DNA from: a virus
Lineage: Duplodnaviria > Caudoviricetes
IMG/VR virus record: IMGVR_UViG_3300049142_000054
Coordinates: 1 to 32,189 of that record
Strand: one strand, 5' to 3'
DNA length: 32,189 bases
Below are positions 1 to 9,100 of the stretch, in pieces. Positions within the stretch are counted from its first letter, which is position 1; each line of letters starts with the position of its first letter. Under the pieces are notes generated by a model, which was not told the origin of the DNA, searched no databases, and saw nothing but the letters and a program-made list of their open reading frames with translations. The translations under genes and the position numbers were made by a program.

Positions 1-1
1 C

Positions 2-100
2 TCACCCCGCACAGCACGCATGCGCTCTCAGCTGGCCGAAATCGGCGAGCTGATGGACGGCGTACTGGCGTCCATCGACACCCCGAAGGAGACCGGCTGA
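2..100 (+). CDS. 3' end of upstream gene, probably prohead protease or scaffold (partial)
   Basis: Open frame ...MRSQLAEIGELMDGVLASIDTPKETG* whose TGA (98-100) overlaps the capsid ATG; function inferred from position only. Confidence 0.5.
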   Translation, partial: SPRTARMRSQLAEIGELMDGVLASIDTPKETG

Positions 101-1581
101 TGCCTACTCTTCAGCTCTCACACGGCCAGGCGGTCATCCGCCTGCGTGACATCCGCGCCCAGCTCGAAGAGCTGGAGAAGCGCGACAGCCTGACCGCCGA
201 GGACGAGCAGACCTTCGACGAGCTCACCCGCGAGTTCGCCGAGGTCGACGAGCACCGCCGCCAGCTGGAGCGCCGCAGCGCCCTGGAGCGGGTCCGTGCC
301 GCCACGCAGGCCACCGACCGGCAGCCGCCCGCCCTGGGCATCGAGCGGGGCACTGCCCACGGCAGCGGCAGCGCCTACGATCTCGACCCGGTCCTGAACC
401 CCGACAGCGTCGAGGACCGCCGGTTCCGCAACCCGTGGGATCTCGGCGAGATGCGCACCTTCAACCGCTCGCCCGAGGACCTCGGGCAGGAACTGCGGGC
501 CCGCGCCCTGTGCGCGGTCGAGAAGATGGCCGGCGCCAACGACCGCATCCGGGCGACGGCCACGCAGATCATCGAGGCGTGGGACGACAAGCGCGGTTCG
601 ATCGCCCGGATGTGCCTGGCGACGTCGTCTCCGGAGTACATGCGGGCCTGGTCGAAGCTGGCCCGCGGCAAGGGGCACATGGTGACCCCGGAGGAGCAGC
701 AGGCCCTTGAGCGGGCCATGTCGCTCACCGACAACCAGGGCGGATACCTGGTGCCGTTCCAGCTCGACCCGACCGTCATCATCACGTCGAACGGGTCCAT
801 CAACCAGATCCGGCAGGTGGCCCGCCAGGTCGTGGCGACCGGCGACGTGTGGAACGGCGTCTCGGCCGGCGCGGTGTCGTGGCGGTGGGCGGCGGAGGGC
901 TCCGAGGCGGGCGACAACGCCCCGGCCTTCGGCCAGCCCAGCGTGCCCGTCTGGAAGGCGGACGGCTTCGTGCCGATCTCGATCGAGGCGATGGACGACG
1001 CCGACAACGTCACCACCGAGGTCGGGCGGCTGCTCGCCTTCGGCAAGGACACGCTGGAGGCCGCGGCCTTCATCAACGGCACCGGGTCCGGCCAGCCGAC
1101 GGGCATCGTGACCGCGCTCACCGGCACCTCGTCGATCGTCACCTCGACGACGACCGACACGTTCGCGTCCGGCGACGTCTACAAGACGGACACCGCCCTG
1201 CCCGGCCGGTACCGGCCGAACGCGGCCTGGCTGGCCAACCGCGGCATCTACAACGCCATCCGCCAGTTCGACTCCGCAGGCGGCACCAACCTGTGGGAGC
1301 GCATCGGCGCCGACGTTCCCCCGATGCTCCTGGGCCGCAAGGCGCTGGAAGCGGAGGACATGGACGGCGTCGTCAACGCCACGCAGGACAACTACGTGGC
1401 CGTGTACGGCGACTTCGACAACTACGTCATCGCCGACCGGATCGGGATGAGCATCGAGTTCCTGCCGCACCTGGTGGGCGCCAACCGCCGGCCGACCGGC
1501 CAGCGTGGTTGGTACGCCTGGTACCGGGTCGGCGCCGACTCGGTGAACGACGGCGCGTTCCGGATGCTCAACGTCACCTGA
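100..1581 (+). CDS. HK97-fold major capsid protein with long N-terminal coiled-coil (delta/scaffold) region
   Basis: 493 aa; AAGGAG RBS; motifs GGYLVP, AFINGTGSGQPTGI, AVYGDFDNYVIADRIGMSI, RGWYAWYRVGA; helical N-terminal ~200 aa. Confidence 0.95.
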   Translation: MPTLQLSHGQAVIRLRDIRAQLEELEKRDSLTAEDEQTFDELTREFAEVDEHRRQLERRSALERVRAATQATDRQPPALGIERGTAHGSGSAYDLDPVLNPDSVEDRRFRNPWDLGEMRTFNRSPEDLGQELRARALCAVEKMAGANDRIRATATQIIEAWDDKRGSIARMCLATSSPEYMRAWSKLARGKGHMVTPEEQQALERAMSLTDNQGGYLVPFQLDPTVIITSNGSINQIRQVARQVVATGDVWNGVSAGAVSWRWAAEGSEAGDNAPAFGQPSVPVWKADGFVPISIEAMDDADNVTTEVGRLLAFGKDTLEAAAFINGTGSGQPTGIVTALTGTSSIVTSTTTDTFASGDVYKTDTALPGRYRPNAAWLANRGIYNAIRQFDSAGGTNLWERIGADVPPMLLGRKALEAEDMDGVVNATQDNYVAVYGDFDNYVIADRIGMSIEFLPHLVGANRRPTGQRGWYAWYRVGADSVNDGAFRMLNVT

Positions 1582-1594
1582 TCAAGCCCGCCCT

Positions 1595-1628
1595 GACGGC
1601 CGGAGAACTGCACGGTTCTCCGGCCGTC
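1595..1628 (+). terminator. Stem-loop after capsid gene
   Basis: GACGGCCGGAGAAC-N6-GTTCTCCGGCCGTC, 14-bp perfect stem just after the capsid stop. Confidence 0.7.
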
Positions 1629-1652
1629 GGCATTCCTCGAGGGAGTCACCTC

Positions 1653-2063
1653 ATGAGGCAGAGCCTCTACAACGTGGCGCGGGCCAAGGCGACGCTGGCC
1701 GTGGCGCTCCGCACGAACGGCACGGTCAACGGGACCACCGTGGACCTGCACGAGAACAAGGACGCGTCTCGTTCGGCGATGCTCATCGTCCACACGGGCA
1801 CGATCACCGATGGGTCGCACGCCATCACCCTGCAGGAGTCCGACAACGGATCGTCCTGGGCGACCGTCGCCGCAACCGACCTGCAGGGCTCCGCGCCGAC
1901 CGTCACGTCCACTGACGACGACGTGCTGTTCGAGCTGGGCTACGTCGGCTCCAAGCGATACCTGCGCGCGGTCGTCGTCACTTCCGGCGCGACGACGGGC
2001 GGAACGCTCGGCGCCACCATCGTGCGCGCGTTCCCGCGCCGCACCCCGATCGCGCACAGCTGA
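1653..2063 (+). CDS. Putative capsid decoration/cement protein (136 aa)
   Basis: GGGAG RBS then ATG 1653 (3' part of the 849..2063 ORF); beta-rich, LQESDNGSSW and GSKRYLR motifs; directly follows capsid gene. Confidence 0.65.
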   Translation: MRQSLYNVARAKATLAVALRTNGTVNGTTVDLHENKDASRSAMLIVHTGTITDGSHAITLQESDNGSSWATVAATDLQGSAPTVTSTDDDVLFELGYVGSKRYLRAVVVTSGATTGGTLGATIVRAFPRRTPIAHS

Positions 2064-2071
2064 GGAGCACC

Positions 2072-2482
2072 ATGAAGCGCTGCACCGAGTCGTTCACTAT
2101 CTGGCGGGACGGCGCCCCTGTCGCGTTCGTCAACGGCCAGCTGGTCGAGGACAAGCACCCGATCCTGAAGACGCACAAGCACCTGTTCGCAGAGCTGGAG
2201 GCGTCCGCCGGACAGGCGCCGCCCGCTCAGCTCAAGCCCGTCGAGCAGGCGACCGCGGCCCCGGGCGAGACCCGCATCCTGACCCCGCCCGCCGCGGGTA
2301 CCGGCGCTCAGGAAGACAGGCGGGCCAGCGGCAAGCCGTTCGACCCGGGCGAGCACAACGCTCCCGAGGTCCTGGAGTACCTCCAGGACGCCGACGAGGA
2401 CGAGCGGGAACGGGTCCTGGCAGCCGAAGCCGCTGGCAGAAAGCGCAAGGGCATCCTCGGCGACGCCGGCGCCAAGGAGTAG
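2072..2482 (+). CDS. Conserved-type phage head-region hypothetical protein (136 aa)
   Basis: GAGGAG RBS; C-terminal helical module FDPGEHNAPEVLEYL...AEAAGRKRKGIL of a kind common in actinophage head modules. Confidence 0.75.
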   Translation: MKRCTESFTIWRDGAPVAFVNGQLVEDKHPILKTHKHLFAELEASAGQAPPAQLKPVEQATAAPGETRILTPPAAGTGAQEDRRASGKPFDPGEHNAPEVLEYLQDADEDERERVLAAEAAGRKRKGILGDAGAKE

Positions 2483-2490
2483 GAGCGAGC

Positions 2491-3306
2491 GTGCCGTTCG
2501 ACCTCGGCGCCACAGCGCGCCTGAAAGCCGACTGCCTCGATCCGGACGGCACTCTCACCACGGCCACCAGCGCGGTCGTGACCGTGACGCTGCCGGACGG
2601 AACAACCGCCACCCCACCAGCGACCGAGACGTCCACCCCGGGCCGCTACCAGGCGGACTACGTCACCACGGTGGCCGGACGGCACACGGTGCGCTGGGTC
2701 TGGTCCGGGCCCGCACACGCCTACACGGACATGTTCGACGTCAGCGAGGCCGCGCCGCCCGCCATCATGTCCCTGGCCACCGGGCGCAAGCACCTGAAGA
2801 AGGCCGACACCTCGGACGACGACGAGATCCGCGAGTGGATCGAGGCATGCACCAGGGCAGTGGAGCAGTTCGTCGGGCCGGTCGCCGTGCGGACCGTCAC
2901 GGAGACCGTCCACTTCAACAACGCCCGAACCGTGGCGCTCACGAACATCCCCGCCCTGAGCCTGGCGAGCGTCACGTCACTGCGGCCGGGCGGCCCGTCC
3001 TACAGCGCCGATGACCTGAGGCTGGACCCGGACACGGGCCTGGTCGACGCCGTGGATGGCGGGATTCTGTACGGCCCGCTGAGCTTCACCTACAGAGTCG
3101 GGCGGGTCATCGTGTCAGCTAACATCCGCGCCGCCGCGAAGATCATCCTTCAACATCTGTGGCGCACCCGGCAGGGCCCCGGCCGGCCACAACGCGGCAC
3201 CGACGACTTCGACGTCACCGAGCCTCTGCCCGGGCTGGGCTTCGCGATCCCCAACCGGGCCGTGCAGCTGCTCGACCCGGACCGACTGCCACCGGGGGTG
3301 GGATAG
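2491..3306 (+). CDS. Head-tail adaptor (gp6/gp15-like) with N-terminal Ig-like domain (271 aa)
   Basis: AGGAG RBS, GTG 2491 in the 1810..3306 frame; SLATGRKHLK...DDDEIREWIEA and IRAAAKIILQHLWRT...VQLLDP adaptor motifs. Confidence 0.75.
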   Translation: MPFDLGATARLKADCLDPDGTLTTATSAVVTVTLPDGTTATPPATETSTPGRYQADYVTTVAGRHTVRWVWSGPAHAYTDMFDVSEAAPPAIMSLATGRKHLKKADTSDDDEIREWIEACTRAVEQFVGPVAVRTVTETVHFNNARTVALTNIPALSLASVTSLRPGGPSYSADDLRLDPDTGLVDAVDGGILYGPLSFTYRVGRVIVSANIRAAAKIILQHLWRTRQGPGRPQRGTDDFDVTEPLPGLGFAIPNRAVQLLDPDRLPPGVG

Positions 3307-3798
3307 GTGGCCACCTCTGCCCTGCCCGCCGCCATCGACGCTCTGGTCTCGATCCTCGGCGCCTCCAGCGCGCTGCAGGCACTGGGCGTCGCCAGCGACC
3401 GAGCGGTGAAGGTCATCGACGGGCCGCCCACAGACGACATCGCCTTGGACGACTTCCTGGCCATCGGCTGGTCCGGCGGCGAGGACCAGGGCGCCGAGTC
3501 CGTGCAGGACTTCAATTCGGCTGGCGCCCGGACTCGGGACGAGGACCTCGCGATCGCAGGTGTCGTCGACGTCTGGTCCGGCGACGACACCTTCTCCGCA
3601 GTCCGGGCCCGGGCCTTCCAGATCCTTGGCGTCGTCGAGACGGAGCTGCGGGCCACCAACTCCAGCCCAGAGGCACCGACCCTCGGCGGTGCCGTGCTGT
3701 GGGCGCACCTGACGCGCACACAGCTGCGCCAGTACTTCACCGACCAGGGCGCACGGGTGGCCCTGGGCTTCACGGTGTCCTGCCACGCCCGAATCTGA
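3307..3798 (+). CDS. Putative tail terminator/tail completion protein (163 aa)
   Basis: Abuts adaptor gene; VIDGPP, ARAFQILGVVETELR, PTLGGAV motifs; precedes tail tube. Confidence 0.65.
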   Translation: MATSALPAAIDALVSILGASSALQALGVASDRAVKVIDGPPTDDIALDDFLAIGWSGGEDQGAESVQDFNSAGARTRDEDLAIAGVVDVWSGDDTFSAVRARAFQILGVVETELRATNSSPEAPTLGGAVLWAHLTRTQLRQYFTDQGARVALGFTVSCHARI

Positions 3799-3808
3799 TG
3801 GAGGAACC

Positions 3809-4036
3809 ATGGCGCGTGTGCGCTACATCGGGCCCGAGCCGGTGACCGTGCCGGAACTCGGCGGCCGCGAGGTCCAGCCCGACGAGGTGGTCGAGGTGCC
3901 CGACGAGCGCTTCGACGGCTACGTGTGCCAGGCCGGCACGTGGGAGGGCGTCGAGGAGCCCAAGGACGAGCAGGCGCCGCCGGCGCCGGCGAAGAAGACC
4001 GCGCCCAAGTCGGCGCCGCAGACGACGGAGGGCTGA
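3809..4036 (+). CDS. Small phage structural-region protein (75 aa)
   Basis: GGAGGA RBS; compact beta N-terminus and P/A/K-rich tail. Confidence 0.7.
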   Translation: MARVRYIGPEPVTVPELGGREVQPDEVVEVPDERFDGYVCQAGTWEGVEEPKDEQAPPAPAKKTAPKSAPQTTEG

Positions 4037-4039
4037 TCC

Positions 4040-5026
4040 ATGGCGATCGGATCCGGGCTCGGCGCCCAGCTGGGCATCAGCGCCGAGACCACTTACGGCA
4101 CGTTCGTCGCGCCGACCAAGTTCATCGAGTTCACCAAGGAGAGCCTCGCTCTCAAGAAGACGACCGCGCAATCCTCCGGCATCGCGGCCGGCCGACTGCT
4201 GGCGCTGGCGTCGCGGCGGGTGCTGACCCGCAAGGAAGTGCAGGGCAGCATCGACCTTGAGGTCACCAACAAGGGCATGGGGCTGCTGCTACAGGCCCTG
4301 ATGGGAACGAACGTCACGCCGGTGCAGGGCGGCGCCACAGCGGCCTACACGCAGACTCACACGCTGGCATCCGTGGCGGGCAAGAGCCTGACGATCCAGA
4401 AGGGCGTGCCGCTCACTACGGGGACGGTGACCGACAAGACCTTTCTGGGCTGCAAGGTCACCTCGGGCGAGTTCTCGTGCGGCACAGGCGAAATGCTCAC
4501 CGCAACGTTCGAGTTCGACGGCAAGGACTGCGACGAGGGCCAGACCCTGGCGACCGCGTCGTACCCGTCGATGTCGCCGTTCCACTTCGGGCAGATGGCG
4601 GTCAAGACGGGCGCGTTCGGCACGGAGACGGCGCTCGACGGGATCCGCAAGGTCAGCTGCAAGATCGAGCGCCCGCAGGACGTCGAGCGTTTCTACGCCG
4701 GTCAGGCGGGGCTGAAGCGCGAGCCGATCGAGAACGACCAGGTCAAGATCACGGGCAGCCTGGAGTCGGACTACGTCGCCACCACGCTGGACGACCTCCA
4801 CACCAGCGACGGGACGACCAGCCTGGTGTGGGAGTTCATTGGCCCGCTGATCGCCACGACGTTCTTCGAGACGTTCCGGATCACGCTGCCCGCGATCAAG
4901 CTGGACGAGGGGCCGCCGGTCGTCGACGGCTTCGGCGTCGTGAAGCCCACGTTCAACTTCACCGGGCTGTACGACGGGACCAACTCCCCGAAGATCGAAT
5001 ACATCTCGACCGACGTCACTCTGTGA
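4040..5026 (+). CDS. Major tail tube protein
   Basis: 328 aa; GSGLGAQLGISAETTYGT start, T/G-rich, position in the tail module. Confidence 0.9.
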   Translation: MAIGSGLGAQLGISAETTYGTFVAPTKFIEFTKESLALKKTTAQSSGIAAGRLLALASRRVLTRKEVQGSIDLEVTNKGMGLLLQALMGTNVTPVQGGATAAYTQTHTLASVAGKSLTIQKGVPLTTGTVTDKTFLGCKVTSGEFSCGTGEMLTATFEFDGKDCDEGQTLATASYPSMSPFHFGQMAVKTGAFGTETALDGIRKVSCKIERPQDVERFYAGQAGLKREPIENDQVKITGSLESDYVATTLDDLHTSDGTTSLVWEFIGPLIATTFFETFRITLPAIKLDEGPPVVDGFGVVKPTFNFTGLYDGTNSPKIEYISTDVTL

Positions 5027-5033
5027 GCCCGGC

Positions 5034-5543
5034 ATGGTCGGGCAGATCCGCGTGACTGGCACCGGCCAGCTGCTCACCCTCGCCGCGCAGCTGCGCCGGG
5101 CCGGTCACGAGAACATCCGCCAGTCCTACCTGCGTCGCATCCGGCGGGCCGCCGAGCCTCTGCGCGACGACCTGCGGGACAACATCCGTCACCTCGACAT
5201 CCGCTCGCAGGGCCGCAGCACGGGGAAGCGGGGCGGGCCGTCGCCGACGACCCGCCCGCTCCGGGCGACGATCGCCGCGGCGATCCGCCTCTCGGTCCGC
5301 ACCACCGGCGCCCCGGGCGCCCGGGTGTGGGTGGACCGGGACCGGCTGCCACGGGACCTGAAGAACATGCCCACCGTGATCAACACGGGCAGGGTCCGGC
5401 ACCCCGTGTTCGGCAACCGGCGCCGGTGGGCGCAGCAGACCACCACCCCGCTGTGGTGGGACAGAACCGTGCGCGCACACCAGCCGCGCATCACCCGCGA
5501 AGTCGAGCGCGTCGTCGACGACGTCCGCCGACGCCTTGAATAG
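5034..5543 (+). CDS. HK97 gp10-like basic tail-completion/neck protein (169 aa)
   Basis: Arg-rich; RVTG...LAAQLRRAG, LRATIAAAIR, GRVRHPVFGNR...W..Q...P.W motifs. Confidence 0.6.
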   Translation: MVGQIRVTGTGQLLTLAAQLRRAGHENIRQSYLRRIRRAAEPLRDDLRDNIRHLDIRSQGRSTGKRGGPSPTTRPLRATIAAAIRLSVRTTGAPGARVWVDRDRLPRDLKNMPTVINTGRVRHPVFGNRRRWAQQTTTPLWWDRTVRAHQPRITREVERVVDDVRRRLE

Positions 5544-5551
5544 GAGCACCC

Positions 5552-6121
5552 GTGATCATCGTCTACACGCCCAAGGGCGGCGAGCCCGAGCACTACGACG
5601 CCACCAGCCTGCGGGTGTCCGAGGCGGCGATCGTGCAGCGCACCGTCGATATGAAGTGGCAGGAGATCCTCGCAGGCCTGGAGCAGGACGACCTGGAGGC
5701 TATGCGCGGCATTGTCTGGGCCATCAAGAAGCGCAGCGAGCCCAGCTTGCGGTGGGGCGACTTCGACCCCGGGGTCACCGAGATGACCTCCCGCATGGAC
5801 AACGACGAGATCGAACGCTGGCTCGACGCCACCTTGCAGGCCATCGACGAGGACGCGGAGTGGGAGCCGATCGAGCGGCTGATCTCCAGCCGGATCCCTG
5901 ACGTCGCAGCCGACCCCGAGCACGCCCTTGGCCTTCTCGCCGCCAGGAGCCGGACCCCAAAAGCGACGGCCGGGGAAACGGCCGACGCGCCGCCGGAGCC
6001 CGAGACGGACGCGGAGGGCGAGCCTTCGAGCCCGAGCCAGACATCGCCTACGCCCGGACCGTCTACCTCGGACTCTTCGCCCACCTCCTCCACATCCCAC
6101 CCCGAGACGTCGATGACCTGA
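5552..6121 (+). CDS. Tail assembly chaperone (gpG-like, zero-frame product)
   Basis: AGGAG RBS, GTG start; acidic 189 aa upstream of tape measure; low-complexity S/T/P tail after TPK. Confidence 0.85.
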   Translation: MIIVYTPKGGEPEHYDATSLRVSEAAIVQRTVDMKWQEILAGLEQDDLEAMRGIVWAIKKRSEPSLRWGDFDPGVTEMTSRMDNDEIERWLDATLQAIDEDAEWEPIERLISSRIPDVAADPEHALGLLAARSRTPKATAGETADAPPEPETDAEGEPSSPSQTSPTPGPSTSDSSPTSSTSHPETSMT

Positions 6122-6198
6122 CGGTCGGCGACTTCTACGCCCTCACCGCCTGGATCGACCAGCACCAGGCCCTGCAGTCGGAAGGCGGTGAGCGCTGA
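5552..6198 (+). CDS. Tail assembly chaperone extended product (gpGT-like) via -1 frameshift at C CCA AAA (5956-5962), about 215 aa
   Basis: The -1 frame is open from 5962 to TGA 6196-6198 and encodes YLGLFAHLLHIPPRDVDDLTVGDFYALTAWID; its stop overlaps the tape measure ATG. Confidence 0.8.
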
Positions 6199-9100
6199 TG
6201 CCGTCGATGACGTTCATCCTCGAAGGACGCGACCGGCTCTCCCGGACCCTGGACGATGCCGGCGACGCCGCCCTCCGGCTGGCCAGGCGCCTGGATGACT
6301 CCGCCCGCCGCAGCTCGGGGTCGGTGGACCATTTCACCCGGGACGCCAACGGGCGGCTGCACGACCTGCAAGGTCGCTTTGTCGCCACGTCCAGCAGTTC
6401 CGACCTGATGGCCGGCTCTCTGGGAGAGCTGCGCAAGACGACGCTGCTGCTGGCCCCGGCGGCGATTCCGGCAGCCGCGTCCCTCGCGCCCATTGCTGCG
6501 GGCGCGGGCACCGTGGCGGTGGCGGTCGCGGCGATGGGCGCGGCCATCGCCCCGCAGATCGCGCAGCTCGGCGAGGTCTCTGAGGCGCAGAAGAAGTACG
6601 ACGACGCCGTCACCAAGTCGGGCGCGCACTCCCAGGAGGCCGTCCAGGCGCAGACGGATCTGGCGCGGGCCACGGCCAAGCTGCCGCCAGCGACCCGTGA
6701 AGCGGCAGCCGCCTACGCCGTCCTGAAGGACGACTATCAGGCCTGGTCCGACTCGCTGGCCGGGGACACGATGGCCCCGCTCACCAAGGGCCTGATGCTG
6801 ACCAACGCCCTGCTGCCGAAGACCACGGGCCTGGTCAAGGCGGCATCCGGTGAGTCCGACCGGTTCATGACGATCATCGGCGGGGAGATGGCCTCGCCCG
6901 GCCTGGACCGCCTCAACGGCAAGTTCACGGCCTTTGCGCAGAAGACGCTGCGCAGCGTCAACGACGAGATCGTCCACATCCTGCGGGTCAGCGACGGCGG
7001 CCAGGTCGGCGGGAACGCACGCGAGTTCATGCAGTGGGCGCGCGCCCAGGGCCCGACCGTGGCCAGTGTCCTGTCCAGCGTCGCGTCCGCCCTGATCCAC
7101 GTGCTGCAGGCGGGCAGCGACGTCGGGGTCGGTCTGCTGCAAGCCGTCGAGGTCCTGGCCCACCTCGTCTCCGCAGTTCCGCCGGGCGCGATCTCGACGC
7201 TCCTCCAACTGGCGATCGCGCTGAAGCTCACGAAGGCGGCGGCTCTGGGGCTGGCCGCCGGCCGGATGGCACTGGGCGGATTCGCTGCTCAGATCCTCGC
7301 GATGAACGCGGCGGCCACCGCGACCCCGGGCCGTATGGCCGGGGCTCGGGCGGCCATCGCCGCGCTGTCGCGCACGGCGAAGGTGGCGATGGCCGGCACC
7401 GGTATCGGTCTGCTGCTCCTCGCGCTCGGCGAGCTGTCGCAGCGCAGCAAGCAGACACCCCCGGACGTCGACAAGCTGACCAGTTCCCTCAAGCAGCTGG
7501 GCGCCACCGGCAAGACGACCGGGGAGGCGGCCGACGCGTTCGGTGAGGACCTGAGCGGCCTGTACGACAAAGTCCGCTCCCTCACGGACCCGAGCACCAG
7601 CGACAAGGTGCAGCAGTTCCTCGTCGGCTGGACGGGCTGGGACTCCACTCCGGTCGCGGACGCCAAGGCCAACATCGACGCGATCGACAAGTCCCTCGCG
7701 GCGATGGTGCAGAACGGCGACGCTGACCTGGCTGCCGCCGCTGTGAAGCGGTTGACGGCTGAGTACGGCAAGGGCGGCCGGGACACCGGCGAGTTCACCA
7801 AGCAGCTCGGCGACTACAAGTCGGCGCTGGCCGATGCCAAGTTCGAGGCCGCGCTGGCGGCGGAGTCGCAGGGCGTCTTCGGCGCGCAGGCGCAGCTGGT
7901 GCAGCAGAAGCTGGCTGCGCAGAAGCTGTCGGCGGACGGGCTGCGGCAGTCGATCCAGGCGCTGTCGGACACGTCGAGGAACGCCTTCGACGCGCAGACG
8001 AAGATGGAAGCCGCGATCGACGCGGTCACCAAGTCGCTGCAGGAGAACGGCCGGACCCTGGACGCCGGCAGTGAGAAGGGTCGCGCGAACCGCGACGCCC
8101 TCAGCCAGATGGCCGCGGCGACCGAAGAGGCCGCGGCCAAGGCCCGCGAGAACGGCGCGAGCTGGGAGACCGTCAACGGCATTTACGACCGGGGCCGAAA
8201 GACCCTCGTCGACAACATCGCCGCGATCACTGGCAACCGCCGGGAAGCCGAGGCGCTCGCGTCGACGCTGCTGAAGATGCCCGACAGGAAGCTGCACCTG
8301 GAGATGCGGACCGAGGACGCGGTCCGCGGCCTGGACTCCGTCATTTCCGCGATCAAGAAGACGCCTGGCTCCAAGTCGGTCACGGTCTCGGCCTTGACCA
8401 AGGACGCGGTCGGCCTGCTTCGTGACCTGGGCTTCAAGGTCGAGCGGATGAAGGATGGCCGCTTCAAGGTCACCGCAGACACCAAGAACGCCAAGGACAA
8501 CATCGGCGCGGTGCAGCGGGCCCGCGATGCGCTGAAGGACAAGACGCTCACCCTGTCCGCCCGGGACCGGGCGAGCGCCGCGGCACGTGCGATCCAGCGG
8601 GCGATCGCCGCGCTCAACTCCAAGACCGTGACTATCACGACTGTCCGGCAGACCATCGCCACGTACTCGACGGATACCCGGCCAGTCACCGGCCAGGGCG
8701 GCGTCAGCAAGTACGCGGCAGGCGGTACTCCCGAGGCCGGCGAGATGGCGATGGTCGGCGAGAACGGGCCCGAGCTGGTCGTCTTCGGCGAGGCTGCCCG
8801 CGTCTTTGACTCGACCACCACCAAGGGCATGCTGAAGGGAACGGCCACCGCAGGCCGGGCCGCCGCGCAGGGCCTGGCCGTGGGCCTCGGCTCTGGTGGC
8901 GGCGTGTACGTGGCGGCCCGGGCGATGGCTGCTCAGGTCACCAGCGGAATCCGGGATGAGCTGGAGATCCGGTCGCCGTCGAAGAAGACGAAGGCGCTCG
9001 CCGCGGACGTCGGCAAAGGCTTCATCGTCGGCCTGACCGGGTCCCGCGACAAGATCAAGGCAGTGGCCGCCGATCTCGCCAAGGACATCAAGACGGCCTT

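Noticed and set aside
118-1470. 450-aa minus-strand ORF and other overlapping frames in the capsid gene
   Set aside because: Shadow ORFs over a clear capsid gene.
849-3306. Long N-terminal extensions in the ORF track (849, 1810; likewise 13205, 15005, 17764, 28037, 29850, 30182, 30820)
   Set aside because: They overlap real upstream genes; better starts with RBS or coupled stop/start lie downstream.
5972-5979. GGGGAAAC as the slippery site
   Set aside because: G GGA AAC is not in the chaperone reading frame (codons are GGG GAA ACG); C CCA AAA upstream is in frame.
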